Shown: piece by piece, positions 40,183 through 50,914 of the stretch
Numbering within the stretch: the first letter of the stretch is position 1
Layout of the letters: each line of letters opens with the position of its first letter
NCBI GenBank assembly: GCA_965221905.1
Contig: OZ244922.1
Location: 32,001 to 96,000 of the forward strand
Source: Chloroflexota bacterium
GTDB taxonomy: Bacteria; Chloroflexota; UBA11872; VXOZ01
Direction: 5' to 3'
DNA: 64,000 nucleotides
Position numbers and translations under genes: made by a program
Notes under the pieces: generated by a model
Database searches by the model: none
What the model saw: the letters and a program-made list of their open reading frames with translations, nothing else
What the model was told of the DNA's origin: nothing

Positions 40183-42540
40183 ATGGCAACCCGTCGTAGC
40201 ACCGCAAGTCAAAAGCCGTCTTCGCGTCAGTCCGGCCTGCCTCTTCCCTCGCTGCGCCTGCCTTCGCCGCTGCGGCGCGAAGTGTTTGGGGTAATGAGTA
40301 TCGTCATCGGCTTGCTTTCGGTCATTGCGCTTCTCTCGCCCAGCGGCACGGTGAGCGGCTGGTGGAACGGTCTGCTCGTCGACCTCTTCGGCTGGATGGC
40401 GCCGCTGCCCGCGCTCGCCTTTATCGCGCTCGGCATTCAACTCATCCGCGACGGCATCACCCAGGAACGCTATGTCCGCTGGGAAACCCTGACCGCGCTG
40501 GCAGTACTCGTGCTCGCCTCCACGGCCTTTGCGCAGTCGGTAGCCGGTCGGCCGGAGATGGCAGAAGCGTATCCTGTCGGCGGCGCGATCGGCTTGCAAA
40601 TCCTAGAGCCGCTCACGACCGCACTGGGGTTTGCGGGAGCAGTGATCGTCCTCTTTGCCATGATGCTTATAACGACAATCATCACCTTTTCGATCTCTCT
40701 CGGCCGCATACGCAGCGTGTTGGGCGGATGCTGGACGTTGCTGCGGCTGGCGGGTAAGGGTGTGGCTGCGCTCTTCGGGGCGGCCAGCGGCGCGTATCGC
40801 TCCATTGGGGAGCGCGCGGCGGAGCCCGAGCAGGAAGAGGCGCCGCAGCCGCGTACGCTCAACGTACGCGTCGCCACCAACGTCAACGCTACCAATGGCA
40901 GCGCAGCGCCTGCATTGTCCCCAATGGAGGCCATTGTACCGAGTCCGGCCGATGCCGCCGACTCCACAGAAACGCTAGACGATGACGTGGACGCGGATTC
41001 TGAATTGGCTATGGGAATGGAAGCGAATGAGCCCAACGCGCCGCCGCGCTGGCAATTGCCGCCGCCTGAATTGCTCACACCTGCCAATCCCACGCACGAT
41101 GCGGAAGAAGCAACCCAGGAGATCGAGCAGCGGGCGCTCATCATCGAGGAAGCCTTGCGCAGTTTTAAGGTCGTGGCAGAAGTTGCCGAAGCCATCCGAG
41201 GCCCGGCCGTTACCCAATACCGCCTGACTCTCGGTCAGGGCATCAAGGTGAGCCGGGTGGTGAACCTCGCCAATGACCTGGCGCTCGCCCTCGCCGCGAC
41301 GAGTGTGCGCATCGAAGCGCCGGTGCCCGGCTTCCCGTACGTCGGCATCGAGATTCCCAACCAGAACACCACCATCGTCACGATGCGGGAATTCATGACC
41401 GATCCCGCCTTCGCGGAGCACAAGGGCGAGCTGCTGCTGGCGCTGGGGCGCGACGTCGCTAACGACGTCCGGGTCACGGACCTCTCCTCCATGCCGCACC
41501 TGCTGATTGCCGGTGCCACAGGTTCGGGCAAGTCGGCGTGCGTGAACGCTATAATCTGCTCGCTGCTCATGCAGCACACGCCGGAGATGCTGCGCTTCCT
41601 GGTGGTCGACCCCAAGATGGTGGAGATGATCGGCTATAGCGACATTCCGCACCTACTGCGCCCCGTTATCACAGACCTGGACGAGGTGGTGCCGACGCTC
41701 ATGTGGGCCGCCGACGAGATGACGCGGCGCTACAAAGTGTTAGCCCAGGAAGGCTTCCGCAACATTCAGACCTACAACACCGCCAAGCGCGAGGCCGGCG
41801 AAGAGCCCATGTACTACCTCGTCATTCTGATTGACGAGCTCGCCGACCTCATGATGACGGCGGCCGGTGACGTGGAGAAGTACCTCTGCCGCCTGGCGCA
41901 GATGGCGCGCGCCGTGGGCATCCACCTGGTGGTTTCGACACAGCGCCCGTCGGTGGACGTGCTTACCGGTCTCATCAAGGCCAACTTCCCCTGCCGCATC
42001 GCTTTTGCCGTCAGTTCACAGGCCGATTCGCGCACTATTCTCGACCGCGCGGGCGCGGAAAAGCTCATCGGCCAGGGCGACATGCTCTTTGCGCCGAAAG
42101 AAGCCACCCGCCTCACCCGCATTCAGGGCACCTTCCTCGCCGACGACGAGATTAACCGCATTGTGGCATTCTGGCGCGAGCAGGGAGCGCCGGAGTACAT
42201 TCCGGAGAAGACCTTCGAGGAAGCCGTGGCCAACCACGCTGACAATAAGGACGACGATCTGGTGCGGCAGGCCATCCGGCTGGTCTCCCAATACGATAAC
42301 GCTTCGGCATCCTTCCTCCAACGGCAGCTTGGCATCGGCGCCACCAAGGCAAACCGCATCCTGGATACGCTCGAGGAACGCGGTGTCGTCACCCCACCGG
42401 AAGGCTTGGGCCGTGTGCGCCATGTGCTCGTTACCGCCGGCGACTTGCTGGAAGACGACAGCGAACCTCCACCCTTCGACTTGGACGACGAAGAGACCGC
42501 CGACGAGAAGGACGAGGAGTTCTCCCGCTTCCCGGCGTAG
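40183..42540 (+). CDS. ftsK: DNA translocase FtsK/SpoIIIE
   Basis: 4-TM N-terminus, PHLLIAGATGSGKS, IDELADLMM, TQRPSVDV, gamma domain ASASFLQRQL. Confidence 0.96.
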   Translation: MATRRSTASQKPSSRQSGLPLPSLRLPSPLRREVFGVMSIVIGLLSVIALLSPSGTVSGWWNGLLVDLFGWMAPLPALAFIALGIQLIRDGITQERYVRWETLTALAVLVLASTAFAQSVAGRPEMAEAYPVGGAIGLQILEPLTTALGFAGAVIVLFAMMLITTIITFSISLGRIRSVLGGCWTLLRLAGKGVAALFGAASGAYRSIGERAAEPEQEEAPQPRTLNVRVATNVNATNGSAAPALSPMEAIVPSPADAADSTETLDDDVDADSELAMGMEANEPNAPPRWQLPPPELLTPANPTHDAEEATQEIEQRALIIEEALRSFKVVAEVAEAIRGPAVTQYRLTLGQGIKVSRVVNLANDLALALAATSVRIEAPVPGFPYVGIEIPNQNTTIVTMREFMTDPAFAEHKGELLLALGRDVANDVRVTDLSSMPHLLIAGATGSGKSACVNAIICSLLMQHTPEMLRFLVVDPKMVEMIGYSDIPHLLRPVITDLDEVVPTLMWAADEMTRRYKVLAQEGFRNIQTYNTAKREAGEEPMYYLVILIDELADLMMTAAGDVEKYLCRLAQMARAVGIHLVVSTQRPSVDVLTGLIKANFPCRIAFAVSSQADSRTILDRAGAEKLIGQGDMLFAPKEATRLTRIQGTFLADDEINRIVAFWREQGAPEYIPEKTFEEAVANHADNKDDDLVRQAIRLVSQYDNASASFLQRQLGIGATKANRILDTLEERGVVTPPEGLGRVRHVLVTAGDLLEDDSEPPPFDLDDEETADEKDEEFSRFPA

Positions 42541-42690
42541 GAAGAATCTCTGCGCGAGCGGAGCGCAGGGAAGTTATAATCTAGGTAGCATTCAATTAGC
42601 TGGACGTGCTTGATTGTCGGCACGTGATGAATTTTCGCTGCCAAGGGTGTTTAGCAGTTCTTGGCTGCGGAACCTACGGGTGAGAATCCG

Positions 42691-43947
42691 GTGAAGTACT
42701 CACGCATTGCGGTGACAGGATTTGGGGCGGTGACCCCGTTGGGGACGAGCGTCGCGGAGTCGTGGGACAACCTCTGCGCGGGAGTTTCCGGCGCCGGTCA
42801 CACTAAAACCTACGATGCGACGGACTTCCCGGTAAAGATATCCTGCGAGTTAGACGGGTTTGATCCGAATGTGGTCTTCAAAGGCCTGCCGCGCCGTATC
42901 TACAACGACGCGCGCCGCCAGGACCGGACGCACCAGTATGCGTTAGCTGCTTCCCTGGAAGCAATCTCGGATTCCGGTTTGCCGCTGCCCTTGCCCGAAG
43001 AGTTGCAATTCCGCTGCGGCGTAGTCTCCGGTAATTGCCTTGGCGGCGCTCGCACAGTGGAGCAGGCCTCCCAGCGTACTGGTCGCGGCGAATTCGCGTC
43101 GTTCCTGCCCAGCGAGGTGCTGCGCATCATGCCCAACGCCGCCACCGCGCTCATCGCGGCGGCTTTTCGCGCGCGCGGCCCAAACTTCACGCCCGCCGTC
43201 GCCTGCGCCACCGGCACAATCGCCGTGGGCGAGGCCATGTGGATGCTGCAAACCGAACGCGCCGACATCATGGTGGCCTGCGGTTCCGATGGCGTAATTG
43301 TGCCCACGATTACGGCGATTTTTGCGGCACGCGGCGGGCCCATCAGCCGCCGGAACGACGATCCCCAGCACGCCAGCCGCCCGGCCGACGTGGACCGGGA
43401 CGGTTTTGTGATGGGTGAAGGGGGCGCCGCGTTGATTTTGGAGCGGGAAGCCGATGCCAAGGCCCGCGGCGCGCACATCCTTGCGTACATTGTTGGCTAC
43501 GGCTGCACGAACGGCACCGGCGGACGCACAGAGCCGGACGGCGACGCCCAGGTGCAGACCATGAAGATCGCGTTGGAAATGGCAGGCCTGGCGGCTGCAG
43601 ACATCGACGCCATCAACCCGCACATGACCTCAACCGTGGTCGGCGATCGCGTTGAAGCGGCCGCCCTGCAAGAGATGTTTGGCGATAAGCCGTACGTCTC
43701 GGCGACGAAGTCCAGCACCGGGCACATGCTCGCTGCCGCAGGCGCGTTCGAGGCGGTCGCCTGCGTTAAGATGCTGCAGGAGCAGAAGGTGCCCGCGGCT
43801 ATCAATACCGAGACCATCGACCCGGATTGCACCGGCATCAACTACGTGCTCGGCGAGACTATCGACGCCCCCCTGCAATTCGTGCTCTCCAACTCCTTCG
43901 GCTTCGGCGACCACAACGCCACGCTCATCTTCCAACGGGCAGGCTGA
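42691..43947 (+). CDS. Beta-ketoacyl-ACP synthase II-like (FabF-like, divergent)
   Basis: VTGFGAVTPLG, active-site ACATG, RDGFVMGEG, HMTST, KSSTGHMLAAAG, SNSFGFG. Confidence 0.88.
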   Translation: MKYSRIAVTGFGAVTPLGTSVAESWDNLCAGVSGAGHTKTYDATDFPVKISCELDGFDPNVVFKGLPRRIYNDARRQDRTHQYALAASLEAISDSGLPLPLPEELQFRCGVVSGNCLGGARTVEQASQRTGRGEFASFLPSEVLRIMPNAATALIAAAFRARGPNFTPAVACATGTIAVGEAMWMLQTERADIMVACGSDGVIVPTITAIFAARGGPISRRNDDPQHASRPADVDRDGFVMGEGGAALILEREADAKARGAHILAYIVGYGCTNGTGGRTEPDGDAQVQTMKIALEMAGLAAADIDAINPHMTSTVVGDRVEAAALQEMFGDKPYVSATKSSTGHMLAAAGAFEAVACVKMLQEQKVPAAINTETIDPDCTGINYVLGETIDAPLQFVLSNSFGFGDHNATLIFQRAG

Positions 43948-43990
43948 GGGGCATGAAGGGACCTCATGTCATTTGGATGTTGCTCCTGAT

Positions 43991-44017
43991 TGTCATTCCG
44001 AGCGAAGCGAGGAATCT
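43991..44017. repeat. REP family C (TGTCATTCCGAGCGNAGCGAGGAATCT)
   Basis: Copies at 43991, 53434, 50452 (with an insert), and reversed at 11059 (split by a MITE) and 50539. Confidence 0.88.
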
Positions 44018-44211
44018 AGAATGTCACGTTTAGTTGTCTACGCCGCTTCGCTCCCGATAATGGCAGAACTAGCAGCGCGACTTCTTTCCACCTTTCTCGT
44101 GACTCGAGCGCCAAGGCCGCCTAAGCTGGCCGGACTTCATGCTGCCAAGCAGATCACTGCGTCCCTCATGCCATTCCCCGCTCTATTTGACAACAAGCCC
44201 CACCAAGAATC

Positions 44212-45282
44212 ATGAAGGTCGTTCAAGTTTCACCGGCGTTCTTTGGCGCCGACGGCGTGGTGGGTGGCGGCGAGCGCTACCCGCTGGAGTTAGCCAAAGC
44301 GCTGGCGGCGCTGACGCCGACCACGCTGATCTCTTTCGCGCGGCAGCCCCGGCGTTTTCGCGACGGCGAACTCGACGTGCGGCTCTTTCGTCCATGGGGG
44401 TACGTGCGGGGCAAGGAGACCAATCCCTTCAGTCTCGCCTGGCTGCCGACGCTACTAAACGCTAACGTGGTGCACGTGCACCAGTACCGTACTGCCGCCG
44501 CCAATCTCGGCATCGGCGTGGGCAGCCTCCTCGGCAAGCGCAACTACGTGACCGATGAGGGTGGCGGCGGGCATCACTGGGGCAACCGTCTGCGCTTAGG
44601 CCGTCGGGTTGATGCACATCTGGCGATTTCGCAGTTTTCGGCCACTACCTTGCCCGAGGTGGGCCAAGAGAAGATCGTCATTTACGGCGGCGTGGACACA
44701 AGCCGCTACGTGCCTGCCGAAACCACCGTGGCGAATCGGGTAGTCTCCGTGGGGCGTATTCTGCCGCACAAGGGGTTCGACGTGCTTTTGCAGGCTGCGC
44801 GCCCGCATTGGAACGTCCACGTCGTGGGTACCGTATACCACGACGCCTACTTCGCCCATCTTCAGCAAATTGCGGCGGCACGGAACCTGGATGTAACGTT
44901 CCACACGAGTGCCAACGACGCCAGTGTGCTCAGCCTCTACCAGAGTGCAGCCGTGGTAGCAACGCCCTCTGTGTATAAAGACATGTACGGCAAGGAACAA
45001 CCCTACACCGAATTGCTCGGCCTCACCTCGCTGGAAGCAATGGCCTGCGGCGTCCCTGTCGTTGTCTCAAACGCGGGCAGCCTGCCTGAAATCGTGAGTG
45101 CCGGGGAAACCGGCTACATCGTCCCTCCCGGCGACACGGCGGCATTGAGGGAGATGATCGACCGGCTTCTCGCCGACCCGGCGGAGCGCAACCGGCTCGG
45201 TGCGAACGCGCGCGCCGTCGTTGAGGAGCGCTTTACCTGGCACAAAACCGCGCTCCGCTGCCTTGAAGTCTATTGTCGATAG
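44212..45282 (+). CDS. Glycosyltransferase family 4
   Basis: GGGERY, VGRILPHKG, ELLGLTSLEAMACGVPVV, ERFTW. Confidence 0.92.
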   Translation: MKVVQVSPAFFGADGVVGGGERYPLELAKALAALTPTTLISFARQPRRFRDGELDVRLFRPWGYVRGKETNPFSLAWLPTLLNANVVHVHQYRTAAANLGIGVGSLLGKRNYVTDEGGGGHHWGNRLRLGRRVDAHLAISQFSATTLPEVGQEKIVIYGGVDTSRYVPAETTVANRVVSVGRILPHKGFDVLLQAARPHWNVHVVGTVYHDAYFAHLQQIAAARNLDVTFHTSANDASVLSLYQSAAVVATPSVYKDMYGKEQPYTELLGLTSLEAMACGVPVVVSNAGSLPEIVSAGETGYIVPPGDTAALREMIDRLLADPAERNRLGANARAVVEERFTWHKTALRCLEVYCR

Positions 45283-45446
45283 GCACAAGGTCCAGTTACG
45301 AGGAAGACAGGTGCAGGTTGCAGTCCTGTCCCTGCGGGCAATCCGATCGGATAATCTGCCGTTGAATGGGCGTGGGCTATTGCGCCGAGACTGCCTCAAG
45401 CCTTTTCCCACATCAGGTCAAGATGCTTCCGTAGTATCGATGCAGT

Positions 45447-45872
45447 TCAAGAAAACGATACGCAGGCCGTGCGTACGACTCGCAGCACGGACTCTTGGCC
45501 GAAGCGCGTTTCGTATTCTTGTGAGATTTCGTCGGTCAGGCGCATCCCTTCCTCGCCGGGCGATGTCAGGATGATCAAGACCTTGGAGCGCTCGCGCAGG
45601 ATGGCTCCGGCAGAGTCCCGCCACTGTCCCGCGCCGTCAACTACGGTCAACCCGTCGGGGAATCTGGGTGTAACCGTATCCGCCAGGAAGGCGGCCCACG
45701 CTTCGTCACTTACCACCTCGCCGCCGGCGTTACTGCGGCCAAAGAAGAGCTGATATTCAGCAAAGGCGTCCGTGCCTTCCGGGCAGGACGACACGGCATA
45801 GCCACCGCAGCCTGCTAGGATGAAGCCCGCGACCAATAGGACAATAACAGCCGGCAATCGGCGCACCGGCAT
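45447..45872 (-). CDS. DUF3574-family lipoprotein
   Basis: Lipobox LAGC, LFFG, VTPRFPDGLTV, GQWR, RFGQESVLR. Confidence 0.85.
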   Translation of the reverse strand: MPVRRLPAVIVLLVAGFILAGCGGYAVSSCPEGTDAFAEYQLFFGRSNAGGEVVSDEAWAAFLADTVTPRFPDGLTVVDGAGQWRDSAGAILRERSKVLIILTSPGEEGMRLTDEISQEYETRFGQESVLRVVRTACVSFS

Positions 45873-46293
45873 TCCTCCAGTAGCTGCATTTCTCGCTCAA
45901 CCTGCACCCGCGCGAAACATTCTACGCCGCGGCAAACGCTGATTCCCTTGGATTCTTGTAGGACGATGGTGCAATTCACGCGGGGCGTGCCCTACGCATG
46001 CGAACCACAAAAGAATACGCCCATGGGCCGCGATTAGCGCTTGTATGGCGTGTGTGCGGATACACAGCGCTCATTTTGGACAGTATACTGCACGCAGGCA
46101 TGCCTAACATGGTCGGCAGCATGTTGATGGTATTAGGAAGGAAGGCCACGCCTAAACCACCGGCCATCGCCGCGGTAACCGCTTGTGCATTGTCTGCAAT
46201 CTATCAAGGCGATGCTCCGTGGAGACCTTCCACGTGATCGAGCACACGTTAACCGAGTGGAGCGAACGCACGAAGAGAGGAACGACTACGCTC

Positions 46294-48234
46294 ATGTCAC
46301 CCCAAACCAGTGAGAACACCGCAATGCCTACAGCGCGAATCTTCGAGGATTCCAGTGCCTGGATCAGGGGCATCACCCGCGCCTGGCAGCTCTTGCCGCC
46401 GGTTGACATGGAGGCCGTGATCACGCCGAACGAGGTCGAGGCGGCCAGCGGCCACACCTTTGTCATAACGCTCACGATGGGTGCCGGACTCCTCCTGCCC
46501 GCAGGCGCTCACATCACCGTCGAAGTGCCGGAATGCTGGGATTGCCACCTGGGCAACTGCTTTCGCCGGGGCGTTCACACCCTCGGCAACCGCGACCAAG
46601 TCCGCGCGGGCTACGGCGCATACGTGGACGTCGAGTGTTCGAACCCCGTTGTGCAACTCGCCCACGCTGCCTCCTGGGGCCGCCATCTGGACCTCTTGGA
46701 CATTGCGGTGCAGGCCGGCACGCTGCAGCCGGGAGACGAGGTGCGCGTAATCATCGGGCCGCCTGACGGCAATCTCTTGCAGGCGCAGAAGTTCGCTCAA
46801 ACGGCGGTCTTTAGTATCGGAGTAGATGCGGACGGCAGCGGGGAGTACCGCCAGATTGCTGCGTTCCCCACAGTGAACGTGGTGGGCGCGCATGAAGCCG
46901 ACCGTTTTCGCGTCTTTGCTCCTGCCGTGGTGCAGCCGGGCGAGGCGTTTAACGTGCGCGTGCTGCCGGTAGATATCTACAGCTTCAACCCCGCTACAAA
47001 CTACGCCGGTGAGGCGCAGGTGTTTGCATCGGACGGATTAGAGAGTGCAGAACGTCTACGGTTCGATGGCGCTGGTGAACAACCCGCCGGTGAGTGTCTG
47101 ACGGCCACCGCCAAAACTAGCGGCGTGCACACGCTCAGCGTCTTCGATCCCAAGACCGGGATTTCCGGTAAGAGCAATCCTATCGGCGTCGGCTTCCTGC
47201 CCGAAGGCGGTATCTACTTTGGCGAGATGCACAGTCAAATGTGGCTGAGCATGGGCACGGGCACCACGGCGGAGTTCTTTGCTTGGGGCCGCGACGTTGC
47301 CGGCCTCGACTTCTGCGCGCCTGCGAATCACTACAACTGGCGTTATGAGGTCACGCCGGAGATTTGGCAGGATCTCGTGGACGACTGCAACCGCTTCAAC
47401 GCGCCCGGTAGCTTTGTCGCTCTGGTCAGCTTCGAATGGGGCGGCAGCGGCGGCAGCGGACACAAGAATATCTACTACCGAGGCGATAGCGGTCCGTTCC
47501 ACTATTGGTACCGGGGCCAGCACCGAAATCCCACGGCGCTCTGGCAAGACATGGCCGACAGAGGTCTGGAGGCGCTCACCGTGCCCCACCACCCCAAGGC
47601 CGCCGGCGGCGTGGACTGGAGTTTTCGCAACGACCGCTACCAGCGCTTGGTGGAGATTTGCTCCAAGTGGGATATTGCGGAAGAGGCCGGACCGCTCAGC
47701 GTGCAAGCGGCGCTGGCGATGGGTCACCGTCTGGGGTTCGTCGGCGGCACGGACAGCCACTACGGCCTGGCAAACCAGGGCAGTTACCACGTGAACGACG
47801 GCAACGGCCTGGCCTGCGTGGTGGCGCCGGAACTGACGCGCGAGGCTATCTGGCAGGCGCTCTACGACCGCCGCTGTTACGCCACTACCGGCGACCGCAT
47901 CCTGCTCGACTTCACCATCGACGGCAAGCCCATGGGAAGCGACAACCCCGCCGACCTGCGTAGCGTGGGGCCGCGGCACGTGCGCATGCGCGCGGCGGGC
48001 ACGGCCTCCTTTACACGCGTCGAAGTAATCCGCAACAACCAGGTGGTCTTCAGCGCAGACCCGCAGCACGACGTCTGGGAGGACGAGTGGACCGACACCG
48101 CCAACCTAGCCGACGCGGCCTTTGCGCCCACGTACCCCGACGACCGACCGTTCGTCTACTACTACCTGCGCGTCATCCAAGCCAACCGCCAACGAGCATG
48201 GAGCAGCCCGATCTGGTTCACGCAAGCGGAGTGA
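46294..48234 (+). CDS. DUF3604/PHP-like metallohydrolase
   Basis: YFGEMHSQ, LDFCAPANH, FEW, GHKNI, PHHP, GFVGGTDSH, RRCYATTG, YYYLRV, AWSSPIW. Confidence 0.8.
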   Translation: MSPQTSENTAMPTARIFEDSSAWIRGITRAWQLLPPVDMEAVITPNEVEAASGHTFVITLTMGAGLLLPAGAHITVEVPECWDCHLGNCFRRGVHTLGNRDQVRAGYGAYVDVECSNPVVQLAHAASWGRHLDLLDIAVQAGTLQPGDEVRVIIGPPDGNLLQAQKFAQTAVFSIGVDADGSGEYRQIAAFPTVNVVGAHEADRFRVFAPAVVQPGEAFNVRVLPVDIYSFNPATNYAGEAQVFASDGLESAERLRFDGAGEQPAGECLTATAKTSGVHTLSVFDPKTGISGKSNPIGVGFLPEGGIYFGEMHSQMWLSMGTGTTAEFFAWGRDVAGLDFCAPANHYNWRYEVTPEIWQDLVDDCNRFNAPGSFVALVSFEWGGSGGSGHKNIYYRGDSGPFHYWYRGQHRNPTALWQDMADRGLEALTVPHHPKAAGGVDWSFRNDRYQRLVEICSKWDIAEEAGPLSVQAALAMGHRLGFVGGTDSHYGLANQGSYHVNDGNGLACVVAPELTREAIWQALYDRRCYATTGDRILLDFTIDGKPMGSDNPADLRSVGPRHVRMRAAGTASFTRVEVIRNNQVVFSADPQHDVWEDEWTDTANLADAAFAPTYPDDRPFVYYYLRVIQANRQRAWSSPIWFTQAE

Positions 48235-48362
48235 GACCCATAGCAGGCTCGAAGGTGGAGTGACCTGAGGAAATCCAAAGAGACCCAGAGAGAACGTAGC
48301 AATTGTGCAAAGGTCACCAAAGTGAGCGGACTGTCAACAGATCCTTCCGCAAGGTCCACTGC

Positions 48363-49181
48363 TTATTCGGGTGTGCGCTGTAGTGCTTCTTCCACGCGGC
48401 GGAGGGATTGTTGGGTTGTGCGCAGTTCCTGGAGCAGTTCTTCCCTGGATGCGGGCATTTCCGGCGTGCGCAGGCGTTCTCGCTTGACTTCGTCAAAGCT
48501 GCCCATCACAACGGCAATGAACAGATTGGCCCCGATGAACGTGGAGATTATTACAAAGCTGACGAAATAGACCCAGGCGAACGGCGCAAACTTGAGGGCG
48601 GTTTGCATGATTTCGGACCAGCCATCCATCGTCAGCACCTGAAAGAGCGATAGGATGGCATTGCCCAGCGTTCCCCAGTGTTCCGGGTCGTGCTCCTTGA
48701 GGAGACTATGCCCGTAAACGGCATACAGATAGATTACGATGCACAACAAGATTAGAATGTGCGCCATTTCCGGAATGGCGCGAAACATAGTCGTGATAAT
48801 TAGGCGCATCGCCTTGATGGTCGTCAAGCCCTGGAGCAGCCGCAGCAGGCGCACGACGATGATGAGTAGCGCGAATTCGGCGGCAAACTCAAAGACTGCA
48901 ATACCGCCTATGATTGCAGTGATTACGAGGAAGTCAAAGACGTTCCAGGGCTCCCTAAAATACCGGTCTATCCTTGGCGCGACCGCGAGTATTTTGAGAA
49001 ACACTTCCAGCACGAGCACGAGCAGCATGAGAATGACGAACAGGCCTATCCAGACTTCATACTGTTCAAGTAGGACGTCAGAAGTAGCCACCCCGTGCAA
49101 AATCGAGGTGCCGACAATGAGCAAGACGAGGAAATATTCGAACTTCCGAGCGTGTACGATACGGTGCGCTAACTTTCGCAT
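48363..49181 (-). CDS. 6-TM BacNav-like ion channel
   Basis: YFREPWNVFDF (S2-S3), RLLRLL (S4), pore SLFQVLTMDGWS, YFVSFVII (S6), C-terminal coiled coil; GGAGG RBS. Confidence 0.9.
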   Translation of the reverse strand: MRKLAHRIVHARKFEYFLVLLIVGTSILHGVATSDVLLEQYEVWIGLFVILMLLVLVLEVFLKILAVAPRIDRYFREPWNVFDFLVITAIIGGIAVFEFAAEFALLIIVVRLLRLLQGLTTIKAMRLIITTMFRAIPEMAHILILLCIVIYLYAVYGHSLLKEHDPEHWGTLGNAILSLFQVLTMDGWSEIMQTALKFAPFAWVYFVSFVIISTFIGANLFIAVVMGSFDEVKRERLRTPEMPASREELLQELRTTQQSLRRVEEALQRTPE

Positions 49182-49388
49182 GCCTTCGTTCCTCCTTGTG
49201 GCAAGATAAACGCTATCGGGCTAGTCGTTTGTCACCATTATAGTGATGACTACACCGATTTCAATTTGATGGGTGCGTCTTAGCAATAGAAGCGCCGGTC
49301 GGCTCGTTCGAGGAAATCCACCAGGGTCACCGTTGGTGTGGTGAAGAGCGTCAAGTAAACGCAAGATAAGGTAACGAGAGCGCATGGT

Positions 49389-50267
49389 ATGAGTCGACGA
49401 GCGTTGCGCAAGCAGCTTATCGAGGCGATCGAGCTGGGGGACATGACCCGCGTCGCCGAGATTGCGGCAACTGACTCTACGATTGTCAACGCGGCGAACT
49501 CGCACGGTCACGTGCCTCTTGGCGCTGCGATTGGCACCGGCTGCCTCGATCGCGTCAAGCTGCTGGTTGCCCTGGGCGCGGATCCGCATTACAGCCATCA
49601 TGGAAGGACCCTGCTGGATGCGGCGGCCTATGCCGGCCATGTGGGGATATTTCGCTATCTCGTTTCGTTCGACATGCAACCGACCGTACACCATGCCGCA
49701 GCCATCGGCGACATTCCCCTGCTGGAGCGGATGCTAGCGGTAAGTCCGGCCTTGCGCGGACCCACGGCGGCGGGAGGCCGCTGGCGCATTACGCCGCTGC
49801 ACGCGGCGGTAATTGCGGGCAACGGCAAATCCGTCGCCTTCCTGCTTGGGCAAGACGTGCCCGTGGACGCACAGAACCACAACGGCCACACCGCGCTGGC
49901 ACTGATCGCAGAGTATCCCGCAATGGAAGTCCGCGCACCTATTGCCAATCTGCTGCTGTCCCACGGTGCGAACGTCAATGCGGCCGCGGGGCATCATGGC
50001 GGTACCGTGCTCCACCGGGCCGTAATACACGGCGACATCGCATTGGCGGGATTGCTGCTGGAACATAGTGCTGATCCGGACCGTCAGGATTGGTCGGGCA
50101 AGACGCCCCTCCATCATGCGGTGACAAAGAATCGGAAGCTCGTCGAGTTACTGCTGGCGCATGCGCCAAATCTTGCAGCCACATCACGCGACGGAGAAAC
50201 CCCCTTGGAGTATGCCCGGCGCTTGAAGAAACGGACAATCGTACGCCTGCTTGAAGGAACGCCGTAA
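49389..50267 (+). CDS. Ankyrin-repeat protein
   Basis: Repeated TPLH/TAL/TVLH...LLxxGA(D/N)xN units. Confidence 0.92.
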   Translation: MSRRALRKQLIEAIELGDMTRVAEIAATDSTIVNAANSHGHVPLGAAIGTGCLDRVKLLVALGADPHYSHHGRTLLDAAAYAGHVGIFRYLVSFDMQPTVHHAAAIGDIPLLERMLAVSPALRGPTAAGGRWRITPLHAAVIAGNGKSVAFLLGQDVPVDAQNHNGHTALALIAEYPAMEVRAPIANLLLSHGANVNAAAGHHGGTVLHRAVIHGDIALAGLLLEHSADPDRQDWSGKTPLHHAVTKNRKLVELLLAHAPNLAATSRDGETPLEYARRLKKRTIVRLLEGTP

Positions 50268-50392
50268 CTGCGCGGGCAACATATTCATCCTTGTTCCACC
50301 CGATTGGCAAGGTAGCCTACGCTGAGTCGACAAACTAGAGGAGTTGCCTGCAGTCGCTTTGAAAACAAGCATCACTCTAACCGTCATTCCAT

Positions 50393-50417
50393 TAAGTGTT
50401 GAATAGTTCGTTGACAG
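50393..50417. mobile_element. Solo end of the TG...CA MITE family
   Basis: TAAGTGTTGAATAGTTCGTTGACAG, 24/25 identical to the reverse complement of 11350-11374, placed 2 nt after CGTCATTCC. Confidence 0.65.
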
Positions 50418-50914
50418 AATTCGCTTTCCACTGGGCGGTGTTGACCGGTTATGTCATTCCGAGCGAAGCGGCCCCGTGCGAAACACGGGGAGGAATCTGG
50501 AGTCCATGTCGCGCCTAGTCCAATAGGCTCACCATCTTAGATTCCTCTCTGCGCTGCGCTCCGATCGGAATGACATGTGCATAAGGCTTGCACACCATTA
50601 CGGAAAACGTGACATGTGTATAAGGTATGCACGCCGCTCCGCCTATCTTCTCTGCGTGCGCGGGAATGACGGCTACGGCTTCGCCACTCGTGGGGGATAA
50701 ACGCCCGCGCCATGGGCTACCGGGCAATCGCAGGATCGCCGAGGCGCCGAGTGGAGAATAGGCGCTTTAGAAACCTCTGCCGAGCAGGACCATCCCCGTG
50801 TTAGAGGTGGAGCCCCGGCTTTCGCCCCGTGGGATGGTATGGTAAAATGCTCATAGTTCTTTAGACACTAGTCCGCTTTGACTGATTCCCACTACCCCTG
50901 GAGTGCAGATTGGC

